NCBI GenBank assembly: GCA_037137655.1
Contig: JBAXJX010000001.1
Span: 33,188 to 97,187 of the forward strand
Length of the DNA stretch: 64,000 bases
Direction of reading: 5' to 3'
Source: Candidatus Falkowbacteria bacterium
Lineage (GTDB): Bacteria > Patescibacteriota > Patescibacteriia > Patescibacteriales > UBA12465
The position numbers were made by a program, and so were the translations under genes. Below the pieces are notes generated by a model. The model did not search any database. It was given only the letters and a program-made list of their open reading frames with translations, and was not told the origin of the DNA. Shown in pieces: positions 45,253-53,867 of this stretch; the first letter of the stretch is position 1; each line of letters opens with the position of its first letter.

Positions 45253-45456
45253 ATGTTTAAATCTAAGCCTGGCTATCTAATGTTAATTCTTTTATTGTCA
45301 GTAACTATTATTGCTATCATTATTGTGGCTGGTGGTAATTTCACCCAAATGTTCGGTTCAAAGAAATCAGCCGGCACGGTTAATTATCAAGTTGACGATA
45401 TGCAAAAGAAAGTTGATGCTTATAATCAAAATCAAAAAAATGCTTTGAGCGAATAA
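45253..45456 (+). CDS. Small membrane protein
   Basis: 67 aa with one TM helix (YLMLILLLSVTIIAIIIVA). Confidence 0.45.
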   Translation: MFKSKPGYLMLILLLSVTIIAIIIVAGGNFTQMFGSKKSAGTVNYQVDDMQKKVDAYNQNQKNALSE

Positions 45457-45483
45457 TTTATTTTATCAAAGTGTCAAAAATAA

Positions 45484-45514
45484 AAAAGCGTTGTTTTAAA
45501 AACAACGCTTTTTG
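45484..45514 (+). terminator. Intrinsic terminator
   Basis: AAAGCGTTGTT-TTAAA-AACAACGCTTT followed by a T-run. Confidence 0.75.
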
Positions 45515-45532
45515 TTAAGTCTAATCCAGATA

Positions 45533-45574
45533 TTGACAGCTTAGCGCTTATTTGCTATTATTTAGATAATCTAA
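45533..45574 (+). promoter_or_regulatory. Promoter of the marR-efflux operon with a perfect 13-bp palindrome (candidate MarR operator)
   Basis: TTGACA (45533-38), a 17-nt spacer, then TATTAT (45556-61). This is followed directly by TTAGATAATCTAA (45562-74). A further ATCTAA half-site lies at 45585-90. Confidence 0.55.
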
Positions 45575-45595
45575 CTATTTTAAAATCTAATTAAT

Positions 45596-46012
45596 ATGGC
45601 AAACAATTTAACTGACGACTTAATTGGGCTAATTTTTAATATTGGCCAAAGCTTACGAGAAAAGGTTCATGCCAAGCATAGCTCAGACGATTGTTCTTTT
45701 ATGCATATGCATACTCTGCATTTTGTTAAGGACAGGGATGGTGCCACGATGCGCGATGTGGCTAATTTACTGCACATTACACCGCCTTCAGCTACGTCAC
45801 TAGTAAATGCTTTGGTAAAAAAGGGATTTATCAAACGGGCGACTGATGCTAATGACCGCCGCACCGTTAAACTCCAAATTACTAAAGACGGAATTAATCT
45901 CCTTAAAAAAAGTTTTAAAAAGAAATCCGCTATTATCGAGCAAAATATAAATAAATTAAGTGAAGTTGAGAAGAAAAGTTTTATCAACATTTTAAATAAA
46001 TTATCTAAATAA
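45596..46012 (+). CDS. MarR-family transcriptional regulator
   Basis: Winged-HTH ..MRDVANLLHITPPSATSLVNALVKKGFIKR..DRRTVKLQITKDG... 138 aa. Confidence 0.85.
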   Translation: MANNLTDDLIGLIFNIGQSLREKVHAKHSSDDCSFMHMHTLHFVKDRDGATMRDVANLLHITPPSATSLVNALVKKGFIKRATDANDRRTVKLQITKDGINLLKKSFKKKSAIIEQNINKLSEVEKKSFINILNKLSK

Positions 46013-46017
46013 AAATT

Positions 46018-47751
46018 ATGTCAAAAAATATCACCAAATTTGTTTTGATCCTCGCCGCCTTTGTACTTGTGGCGGTGACTCTAGTTTTTTTAATTACTCG
46101 TCGTTCCAATGTGGCTTATCAATATGACCAGGTCATGGTTGGAAAGGTAACTGAGACTGTTAATGTTAATGGTAATGTTAAGGCGGCCGAGGGCTTGGAT
46201 TTATCTTTTCAAGTTCCAGGTAAAATTGCGCAAAAAAATGTTAATGTCGGTGACAAAGTTAAGGCTGGTCAGACTTTACTATCTTTAGATAATGCCGATT
46301 CAGCCGCACAATTAGCCCAGGCTCAAGCCGCGCTTGATAAACAACTAGCTGGTAATCGCCCAGAGTATTTAGCGCAACTTCAAGCTGCTGTTGATCAAGC
46401 TCAGGCTGGATACAACCAAGTGTCAGTCGTGGCCGGTAATAGTGTTCACACTGCGCAGTCGGTTAAAGAAACAGCTGATAATAATCTAAAAATGGCTCAA
46501 GGTGGCGATGATAGCCGTATTGTTGGTGATGCTTATGAAAATGCGGCTAATTTTTTACCAGCTGTGCAAAATTCTATTTCCAACGCTATGACTAAGGCAG
46601 ATAATATTTTGGGCTTGGACAATACTTTTGCTAACGATAAATTTGAAAAATTATTATCCGCTAAAGATCCAAGTAAATTAAATTTAGCCAATAACGCTTA
46701 CTATACTGCCAAACTTAAAGTCCAGGATTTTTTATTAAACAGTGCCATTTCTGAACCAGTTAATCATGCTAAAGTTGACGTGGCTTTAGTTAGTGCTGAT
46801 AGTGCTTTAACGGCAACCCGTGACACTTTAAGTGCTGTCTCATTTGTTTTGGATAATACTATTTCAGGCGCTGATTTAAATTCAAGTGAACTCGATGCTA
46901 TGAAAACTACAGTTACTGGCGTGCGCACTGATATCGGGGCTAAAATTTCAGCTTTAACTGATCAAAAGCATGCGATTGCTACTGCTAAGGATAGTTATGC
47001 TAATTATCAAGTGGCGGCCGATAAAGCAGCACAAGATTTAAGTGATATCACTAAAAAAACTACGGCTGATGTCGCGGCAGCGCAAGCAGCGCTTGATGGT
47101 GCTAAGGCTGTATTAGCTAACGCTAAGAACCCGCCACGTGAAGTTGATTTAGCAAGTTATCGCGCAGCCGTGGCTGGTGCAGCGGCAGTTTATAATAAAA
47201 CAATTTTAACCGCTCCATTTGATGGAACAATTTCTCGCGCCGACGCTCAAGTTGGATTGCTGACTTCGGCTGGTGTTTCTCCACTTTCTATTATTAGTAA
47301 TAGTAAATATCAAATTGATGCTTATGTAACGGAAAATGATTTAGCTAAAATTAAACTTGGTGATAATGCGGTTGTAACTTTAGATAATTTAGGGGCAGGC
47401 GTGGAGTTTCCGGCACAATTAATTAAAATTGACTTAGCTGCTAGCCCAAGCACTAATGGTACTACGGCCTATAAGATAAGTTTGCAATTCAATAATGATG
47501 ATGATCGTTTACGCGTTGGTCTAAGTGCTAATATTAAAATCACTAGCGGTGAAAAAGATAATGCTTTATTATTACCATCACGTGATATGGTGCAAAAAAA
47601 TGGTCAATATTTTGTGACGACCTTAAAAGCGGATCAAAGCTTAGAACAAAAACAAGTTGAAATTGGTTTGCGCGGTGACGACGGCAACTGGGAGATTGTT
47701 TCCGGTTTAGCTGAAGGTGATAAGATTGTTAGCTTCTCAGCTTTAAAATAA
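46018..47751 (+). CDS. Efflux membrane-fusion (HlyD/periplasmic adaptor) protein with a very long coiled-coil insert
   Basis: N-terminal TM helix, lipoyl-like motif (VNVGDKVKAGQTLLSLD), about 300 aa of Ala/Gln-rich helical region, and a C-terminal beta-barrel (..ILTAPFDGTISR..). Confidence 0.65.
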   Translation: MSKNITKFVLILAAFVLVAVTLVFLITRRSNVAYQYDQVMVGKVTETVNVNGNVKAAEGLDLSFQVPGKIAQKNVNVGDKVKAGQTLLSLDNADSAAQLAQAQAALDKQLAGNRPEYLAQLQAAVDQAQAGYNQVSVVAGNSVHTAQSVKETADNNLKMAQGGDDSRIVGDAYENAANFLPAVQNSISNAMTKADNILGLDNTFANDKFEKLLSAKDPSKLNLANNAYYTAKLKVQDFLLNSAISEPVNHAKVDVALVSADSALTATRDTLSAVSFVLDNTISGADLNSSELDAMKTTVTGVRTDIGAKISALTDQKHAIATAKDSYANYQVAADKAAQDLSDITKKTTADVAAAQAALDGAKAVLANAKNPPREVDLASYRAAVAGAAAVYNKTILTAPFDGTISRADAQVGLLTSAGVSPLSIISNSKYQIDAYVTENDLAKIKLGDNAVVTLDNLGAGVEFPAQLIKIDLAASPSTNGTTAYKISLQFNNDDDRLRVGLSANIKITSGEKDNALLLPSRDMVQKNGQYFVTTLKADQSLEQKQVEIGLRGDDGNWEIVSGLAEGDKIVSFSALK

Positions 47752-47764
47752 TTAATTTAAATTT

Positions 47765-48484
47765 ATGAATAATAACGAACAAGAAAAAATATTAACTGAG
47801 GAAAAAGCTATTCTGGAAACAGAAAAAGATATTTTGCAAGAAATTAAAAAAGAAAAAAAAGAAATCATGGGTTTGAAAAAAAACATTGTGGTTTCTGGTG
47901 TGGTTGTGGCGCTAGTAATTATAGCGGCAGCCGTCACCTTTATTTATTTAAATACTTTAGGTAAACAAATCACAATTGAGAAGTCAGTAATTTCTGCGCC
48001 GCAAATTGATTTGTCGGCTACAACTCCTGGAACTTTAAATGAAGTTTATGTTAATGCGGGTGATCAAGTTTTGGCTAATACGGTTTTAGCCAAAGTTGGT
48101 AATCAATTAATTAAAGCTAAAACTGATGGTTTGATTATTGATGTTAAAAAAGATATCGGCCAATTGTTTGGCGCTGGCACACCAGTCATTTCCATGATCG
48201 ATCCAAGCGAATTACGCGTGGTTGGACAGGTAGATGAAAATAAAGGTTTGTCTGATATCGCTATTGGTCAAGCTGTAACTTTTACGGTTGATGCTTATGG
48301 CTCACAAAAATTTAGTGGCGTGGTAGATGAAATTAACCAAACTTCTAATAGCTCTGGTGTGGCTTTCTCTATTTCTGATAAAAGAGAGGTGAAACAATTT
48401 GATGTTAAAGTTCGTTTTAATACTGTGGCTCATCCAGAATTTAAAAACGGTATGTCCGCTAAAATAACTATCTATAAAAATTAA
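47765..48484 (+). CDS. HlyD/EmrA-like membrane-fusion protein (short form)
   Basis: N-terminal TM helix, ..VNAGDQVLANTVLAKV.., ..IKAKTDGLIIDV... Confidence 0.6.
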   Translation: MNNNEQEKILTEEKAILETEKDILQEIKKEKKEIMGLKKNIVVSGVVVALVIIAAAVTFIYLNTLGKQITIEKSVISAPQIDLSATTPGTLNEVYVNAGDQVLANTVLAKVGNQLIKAKTDGLIIDVKKDIGQLFGAGTPVISMIDPSELRVVGQVDENKGLSDIAIGQAVTFTVDAYGSQKFSGVVDEINQTSNSSGVAFSISDKREVKQFDVKVRFNTVAHPEFKNGMSAKITIYKN

Positions 48485-48486
48485 AT

Positions 48487-49971
48487 ATGGCCAAGGAAAA
48501 AGGTGGCAATTTAAAATGGTGGATTTTAATAACGGTAATCATCGGTACTTTTTTGGGGCGTCTTGATCAAACAATTGTTAATTTGGCGTTACCAAAAATT
48601 ATTAATGATTTCGGTATTAGTGTTAATTCGGCTGGTTGGATTGCTACGGCTTATATTTTAGCTAATGCGGTGTTTGTGCCAATTTGGGGAAAGTTAGGCG
48701 ATACGATTGGACGCAAGAAAGTTTATATTTTAGGCTTTTCGATCTTTATTGTTGGTTCAGTTTTAGCCGGCTTCGCGTGGAATTTAAGTTCTATGATTGT
48801 CTTCCGTATTATTCAAGCGATTGCTGGTTCGGCTGATTACCCAACAGCGATGGCGATTTTAGCTGTGACCTTTAAGGAAGGGAAAGAACGAGCGCAGGCT
48901 CTTGGAATTTGGTCATCGTCTTTTGCGGTCGCGGCAGTTTTTGGACCACTGATCGGCGGACCATTGATTGATAATTTTTCCTGGCGTTCAGTTTTTCTAA
49001 TTAATTTACCGATTGGTATTTTGGGAATTTACATGGCGATGCGTTTTATTAATGAATCGCGCTCAGAGGTTAAATCGAAGTTTTTTGATTGGTGGGGTGC
49101 CTTCACTTTATCTGGAACTTTATCAGCTTTAGTTTTGGTTTTGGATAAGGGAACTGATTGGGGTTGGTTGTCAGTCTCTAGTTTTATTTGTTATTTCTTT
49201 TTTGTTGTTTTACTCGGTGTCTTCATTAAAATTGAACAAAGTGTGCCGGAGCCAATTGTGGATCTTAAATTCTTTAAGATTCCAGCCTTTGTTAATACTT
49301 TGGTAAATAATTTTGTGGTCTTCATGGGAATGATGGGCGGTTTATTTTTGATTCCCGTTTTCGCCCAAACTTTTTTAGGCTACACCGCGACGCAGTCCGG
49401 TTACTTGTTCATGCCGATGGCGTTTATGATGATGCTCGCAGCACCACTTGGCGGGATGCTAACTGGAAAATTTCAAGCTCGTTATATAATTTTTGCTAGC
49501 ACGATTGTGGCCGCTATTGGTATTTTGTTGTTTTCCAGTCTTGATCCAAAATCAACGGCACTAGATATTATTATTCCACTTTCCATCATGGCCTTTGGAC
49601 TTGGTTTTGGTATGGCGCAACGCACCAATATCGTGGCCTCGGTTGTGGATCAACACGAGATTGGAATTGCTTCTTCGGTTTTAGCTTTGGTGCGTAATAT
49701 TGCCGGTGCCTTTGGTATTGCAATTTTCGGCACAATTTTAACCAACCGAATTGGCTTTAATGTTCTAGCAATTAATAGCATGAGTATTTTACGTACTCAT
49801 AATGTAATTGATATGCAAAAATATATAACTTTGGTCACCTTAAAAGCCCAAGTTGATGCTTATAGTTATGTCTTTTGGGTAGCCGGTTTAATTGTGTTCT
49901 TCGGCGCCTTTACAGTTTTAACATTGAAACTTAAACACGAAAGAACCGATGTTGTGGTGCATGTAGAGTAA
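48487..49971 (+). CDS. MFS drug:H+ antiporter, DHA2 (EmrB/QacA, 14-TMS) family
   Basis: Motif A WGKLGDTIGRKKV, motif C ..GPLIGGPLID.., and about 14 predicted TM helices. 494 aa. Confidence 0.85.
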   Translation: MAKEKGGNLKWWILITVIIGTFLGRLDQTIVNLALPKIINDFGISVNSAGWIATAYILANAVFVPIWGKLGDTIGRKKVYILGFSIFIVGSVLAGFAWNLSSMIVFRIIQAIAGSADYPTAMAILAVTFKEGKERAQALGIWSSSFAVAAVFGPLIGGPLIDNFSWRSVFLINLPIGILGIYMAMRFINESRSEVKSKFFDWWGAFTLSGTLSALVLVLDKGTDWGWLSVSSFICYFFFVVLLGVFIKIEQSVPEPIVDLKFFKIPAFVNTLVNNFVVFMGMMGGLFLIPVFAQTFLGYTATQSGYLFMPMAFMMMLAAPLGGMLTGKFQARYIIFASTIVAAIGILLFSSLDPKSTALDIIIPLSIMAFGLGFGMAQRTNIVASVVDQHEIGIASSVLALVRNIAGAFGIAIFGTILTNRIGFNVLAINSMSILRTHNVIDMQKYITLVTLKAQVDAYSYVFWVAGLIVFFGAFTVLTLKLKHERTDVVVHVE

Positions 49972-49985
49972 AATAAAAAAATATA

Positions 49986-50016
49986 TAAAAAAATCCGCTT
50001 GAAGCGGATTTTTTTG
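49986..50016. terminator. Bidirectional terminator
   Basis: AAATCCGC-TTGAA-GCGGATTT flanked by A- and T-runs, between convergent genes. Confidence 0.75.
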
Positions 50017-50019
50017 TTT

Positions 50020-50313
50020 TTATATTTTACAGAGAATAATAATTGCTAGAATTAAAAAGTGCAGTACTTGGTCGAGCCAAGTGTGTTTCACGATATGCCA
50101 GCGACACATAAGCGGATCAATAATAAAATGGCTGACTAAAATAAGTAGCGTGGCGAGAAGGGAAACGTGACCCAAAACAATAAAGACGGCAGTGTAAGTT
50201 GCAGCGTGATAAAAATTAATTTCCCAGCTTTTACCTTTGTTCTCGGCCATCCAGGCGGATTGCAAACCGAAGTCGCCGATAAAATGGCAGGCGAGTAAAA
50301 TTAGAATATCCAT
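50020..50313 (-). CDS. DUF3307-family membrane protein
   Basis: MDILILLACHFIGDFGLQS.. matches the H-x-x-x-D-F-x-x-Q start of DUF3307. 97 aa with 3 TM helices. Confidence 0.6.
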   Translation of the reverse strand: MDILILLACHFIGDFGLQSAWMAENKGKSWEINFYHAATYTAVFIVLGHVSLLATLLILVSHFIIDPLMCRWHIVKHTWLDQVLHFLILAIIILCKI

Positions 50314-50318
50314 ATTGA

Positions 50319-51833
50319 TTAAAACAAACTTTCTCCGGTCATCTCTTTCGGTTTTTTAAGTCCCATGATTTTCAAAACGGTCGGTGCGACATCTTTTAAG
50401 CCTAGGCCCTTGTGGAGTTTTATTTTTTGTAATTTTGGATCTGGAGAAACGATAAATAGCGGCACTGGATTAATAGTGTGGCTGGTCATGAATTTTGGAC
50501 TCTTGTCTTCGGCATTACCGTGGTCGGCAAATAAAATGGAAGTATAATTATTTTTCATAGCCGCCGCCACAATTTCCCCAGTCGCTTTATCCACGGCTTC
50601 AACCGCGGCTAAAATTGCTGACTTCTTGGCGGTGTGGCCAACCATATCGCAATTCACTAAATTAGTAATGATTAAATCGTAATCTTGTTTTTTTATTTCT
50701 TTGATAATGCGGGCCGCAATTTTCTTCACACTCATTTCTGGTTCTAAATCATAAGTTGCGACGTGGGGTGATTTAATTAAAACACGTTCTTCGCCTTTAT
50801 TGGCTTTTTCTTTTTGGCCGTTGAAGAAAAAAGTAACATGCGCATATTTTTCGGTTTCACTAATGCGCAATTGTTTTAAATTCGCTTTGGCCACAACTTC
50901 ACCGAGCAAATTATCAAGGGAAATATTAGGGAAGGCGACAGCCGCATTCATCGGTGTATAGAATTGGGTCATGGCCACAAAAACTACCGGCACGTAATCA
51001 CGTTTAAAGCCGGTGAATTTTTTTTCGCAAATCGCTTGAGTTAGTTGACGAGTGCGATCAGTGCGGAAATTAAAAAATATTACGCTGTCATTTTTTTTGA
51101 TGCCGGCATAATTTTTGGCTTTCATCGGTTTAATGAATTCATCAAAAATTTCATTTTTATGACAAGCTTTAACCGCGGCTTCTGGGTTAGTATATTCTTC
51201 GGCCTGGCCGAGCGCGATGGCGTCATAAGCCGCTTTTGTTCTCTCCCATCGAGTATCGCGATCCATAGCATAATATCTTCCGGAAACGGTCGCGATTTCT
51301 CCAAAGCCAAGTTGTTTAAGTTTGGTTTGAATTTTTTTAAGGTGTTTTAAACTTTCAGTAGTTGGCGCATCGCGGCCATCGGTAATGGCGTGGACGTAAA
51401 CATTTTTAAAATTATTTTTTTGGCACAAATCTAACAAAGCTAATAAATGTTCAATATGACTATGTACACCTTGGGTTTGTAGTAATCCAATTAAATGCAA
51501 AGCGCTTTTATTTTTTTTACAATTATCAAGTGCTTTTAAGAAAGCAGCGTTTTTAAAAAAAGCGCCAGTTTTTATGTCGGTGTGAATACGGGGTAGAGAT
51601 TGAAAAATAATCCGACCAGAGCCGATGGTCATATGACCAACTTCAGAGTTGCCTTGATAGCCGGGAAGTAAACCAACTTCTAAACCGCTACATTTAATAT
51701 TGGTGCTCGGATAAAGTTTTTCGTATTGATCTTCGTTGGGAGTGTTAGCTAATCTAATGTAATTTTTGTCATCAGACTTTCTGTAACCCCAACCGTCGCG
51801 AATAATTAAGATAACTGGATTTTTGCTTTTCAT
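50319..51833 (-). CDS. gpmI: 2,3-bisphosphoglycerate-independent phosphoglycerate mutase
   Basis: ..ILIIRDGWG.., ..GNSEVGHMTIGSGR.., ..TDGRD.., ..ADHGNAE... 504 aa. Confidence 0.9.
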   Translation of the reverse strand: MKSKNPVILIIRDGWGYRKSDDKNYIRLANTPNEDQYEKLYPSTNIKCSGLEVGLLPGYQGNSEVGHMTIGSGRIIFQSLPRIHTDIKTGAFFKNAAFLKALDNCKKNKSALHLIGLLQTQGVHSHIEHLLALLDLCQKNNFKNVYVHAITDGRDAPTTESLKHLKKIQTKLKQLGFGEIATVSGRYYAMDRDTRWERTKAAYDAIALGQAEEYTNPEAAVKACHKNEIFDEFIKPMKAKNYAGIKKNDSVIFFNFRTDRTRQLTQAICEKKFTGFKRDYVPVVFVAMTQFYTPMNAAVAFPNISLDNLLGEVVAKANLKQLRISETEKYAHVTFFFNGQKEKANKGEERVLIKSPHVATYDLEPEMSVKKIAARIIKEIKKQDYDLIITNLVNCDMVGHTAKKSAILAAVEAVDKATGEIVAAAMKNNYTSILFADHGNAEDKSPKFMTSHTINPVPLFIVSPDPKLQKIKLHKGLGLKDVAPTVLKIMGLKKPKEMTGESLF

Positions 51834-51906
51834 ATTTTTTCATTATTAATTATGCTTTGATTATACAATAAAAAAGAATTAAGGACAATTTTAGCCAAAT
51901 TTCAGA

Positions 51907-51935
51907 TTGACTTCATTTTTGTAATGTGTTACGAT
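51907..51935 (+). promoter_or_regulatory. Promoter of the RRM-protein gene (extended -10)
   Basis: TTGACT (51907-12), a 17-nt spacer, then TGtTACGAT (51930-35). This predicts a 5' UTR of about 115 nt containing the 12-bp palindrome CTTACATGTAAG (51969-80). Confidence 0.45.
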
Positions 51936-52055
51936 TATTTTTGTATAAGTCATACTCATTCTGTTTTCCTTACATGTAAGTGCTAGGGTTAAAAAGAATT
52001 GAATAAAAAAGGTCGACTTATTTATTTAATTAAAGTAAATGTAAGGAAAAAAATT

Positions 52056-52379
52056 ATGTCAAAGAAACTTTACGTTGGTGGTTTGCCTTATGCAACTACT
52101 GATGAAGCTCTAAAAGAATTGTTTGCAGAAGCTGGAAACGTTGAATCAGCAATTATCATCATGGATAAAATGACTGGTCGTTCTAAAGGTTTCGGATTCG
52201 TTGAAATGTCAACTGAAGATGAAGCTCAAAATGCTGTTGCTAACATGAACGGAAAAGAAGTTGGTGGTAGAACTATTATTGTTAACGAGGCTCGCCCACA
52301 AGAAGATCGTCCAAGAACTGGCGGTTTTGGTGGTGGTCGTGATAACGATTTCGGTAAACCACGTCGTCAAAATTGGTAA
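52056..52379 (+). CDS. RRM-type RNA-binding protein with a Gly/Arg tail
   Basis: Start taken at ATG 52056, preceded by AAGGA. RNP2 LYVGGL and RNP1 KGFGFVEM. C-terminal RTGGFGGGRDNDFGKPRR. Confidence 0.88.
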   Translation: MSKKLYVGGLPYATTDEALKELFAEAGNVESAIIIMDKMTGRSKGFGFVEMSTEDEAQNAVANMNGKEVGGRTIIVNEARPQEDRPRTGGFGGGRDNDFGKPRRQNW

Positions 52380-52403
52380 TTATCAATTGATCGATATAAA
52401 AAA

Positions 52404-52432
52404 AAGAATCTCAGAAATGAGATTCTTTTTTT
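52404..52432 (+). terminator. Intrinsic terminator
   Basis: AAGAATCTC-AGAAAT-GAGATTCTT followed by TTTTT. A near-copy lies at 56229-56256. Confidence 0.75.
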
Positions 52433-52500
52433 ATTGTGATGAATTACATATTTTGTTATAATAAAATATATAAATTATTTTATAATTATCTTCTAATATT

Positions 52501-53850
52501 ATGTTCCACAAAAAGAAAAAGGCGTTTACGCTCATCGAACTTCTTGTTGTTATTGCCATTATCGGCATCTTGGCAACTATTGCTGTTATTGCTTTGCAAA
52601 ATGCTCGCGCCAAAGCCCGTGACGCTCGTCGTGTAGCTGACGTCAAACAAATTCAAACTGCTCTCGAATTATTTTTTAATGACGCTCAGCGTTATCCGAC
52701 ATCGACTGAATTTTCTTCTGGTCAATCATTAGTTTATTTTAATGGCGTAAATACAACTACTTACATGGCTGTAATTCCAACTCCACCATCGCCGGCGGAT
52801 GGTAATTGTAATAATGATAGTAATAGTGCTTATTCTTATTCGACAACACCTAATGGTTCCTCCTATTCTATTTCTTATTGTGTTGGTGGTCCAGTTGGAG
52901 CTCTGGCATCTGGCGCACACTGCGCAACACCGGCTGGAATTAGTGACGGAAATAGTTGCTCGGGTGGCAGTAGCACTGATACCGGAAATCATATTGCGCT
53001 TAGTGATTCTAGCTGTGGCTCTAGTTGTTCTGTTGGTCAGGGTTGCTATAGTGGTAATTGTTTTTATCCAGTGTATACGGCTAGTGATTTACAAAATATT
53101 AACATTAACACTTATAATTGTTCTATTCGCTATATTCAAATGGCTAATGTTGATTTGAATGTGGCCCCATACAATACGGGGTTAGGATTTTCACCAGTCG
53201 ATTTTTGTGGTTATTTTAATGGTAATGGATACAAAATCTCAAATCTTTATATTAATAGACCATTATCTGATAATGTCGGTTTATTTGGACGTTTGAATGG
53301 GACGGTGACTAATGTTAGACTTGAGAATGTAGATGTAACTGGCTTCACAGAGTATACTGGGGGTCTTAAAGGCACCGGAGGTCTTGCTGGTTTTGTTTCT
53401 GATGGCAATATTTCTAATAGTTATTCGACTGGTGTTGTAACCGGTGGTTTAGCTGGTGGTCTGGTTGGTTTTTTTAACGGTTCCAATACCCTTTCTAATA
53501 GTTATTCAACTTGTACAACAACTGCTGTTGGCAATGGTAGCACTAATCAAAATATGGTTGGCGGCCTCGTTGGTTATGGTGCCAGCGGTTCCAACACCCT
53601 TTTTAATTGTTACTCAACTGGCGCCGTAATAGGTGGCGCTTATAATGGTGGCTTAGTTGGGGCTGATTGGTCGATATCATATAGTAATAGTTTTTATAAC
53701 ACAGATACTTCTGGCAAGTCAGATACAAATGCGAACTCTCAGCCAGAAACAACTGCCTGGATGAAAACTCAATCTAATTTTACTAATGCTGGTTGGGACT
53801 TTACTAATATTTGGATTATGACAGCGGGGAATTATCCGACCTTAAGATAG
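52501..53850 (+). CDS. Prepilin-type N-terminal domain protein fused to GLUG-motif repeats
   Basis: MFHKKKKA|[21 protein letters not shown].. followed by a 4-Cys pilin head. Then repeated ..GGLAG/GGLVG...SN.L.NSYSTG.. units (GLUG motif). Confidence 0.8.
   Translation: MFHKKKKAFTLIELLVVIAIIGILATIAVIALQNARAKARDARRVADVKQIQTALELFFNDAQRYPTSTEFSSGQSLVYFNGVNTTTYMAVIPTPPSPADGNCNNDSNSAYSYSTTPNGSSYSISYCVGGPVGALASGAHCATPAGISDGNSCSGGSSTDTGNHIALSDSSCGSSCSVGQGCYSGNCFYPVYTASDLQNININTYNCSIRYIQMANVDLNVAPYNTGLGFSPVDFCGYFNGNGYKISNLYINRPLSDNVGLFGRLNGTVTNVRLENVDVTGFTEYTGGLKGTGGLAGFVSDGNISNSYSTGVVTGGLAGGLVGFFNGSNTLSNSYSTCTTTAVGNGSTNQNMVGGLVGYGASGSNTLFNCYSTGAVIGGAYNGGLVGADWSISYSNSFYNTDTSGKSDTNANSQPETTAWMKTQSNFTNAGWDFTNIWIMTAGNYPTLR
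52525..52683 (+). repeat. Conserved pilin N-terminal module, copy 2 of 4
   Basis: Same 53-aa module with two conservative changes. It shares a 32-nt identical run, GTTATTGCTTTGCAAAATGCTCGCGCCAAAGC, with copy 3. Confidence 0.85.
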
Positions 53851-53867
53851 TAATTAATTATAACATT

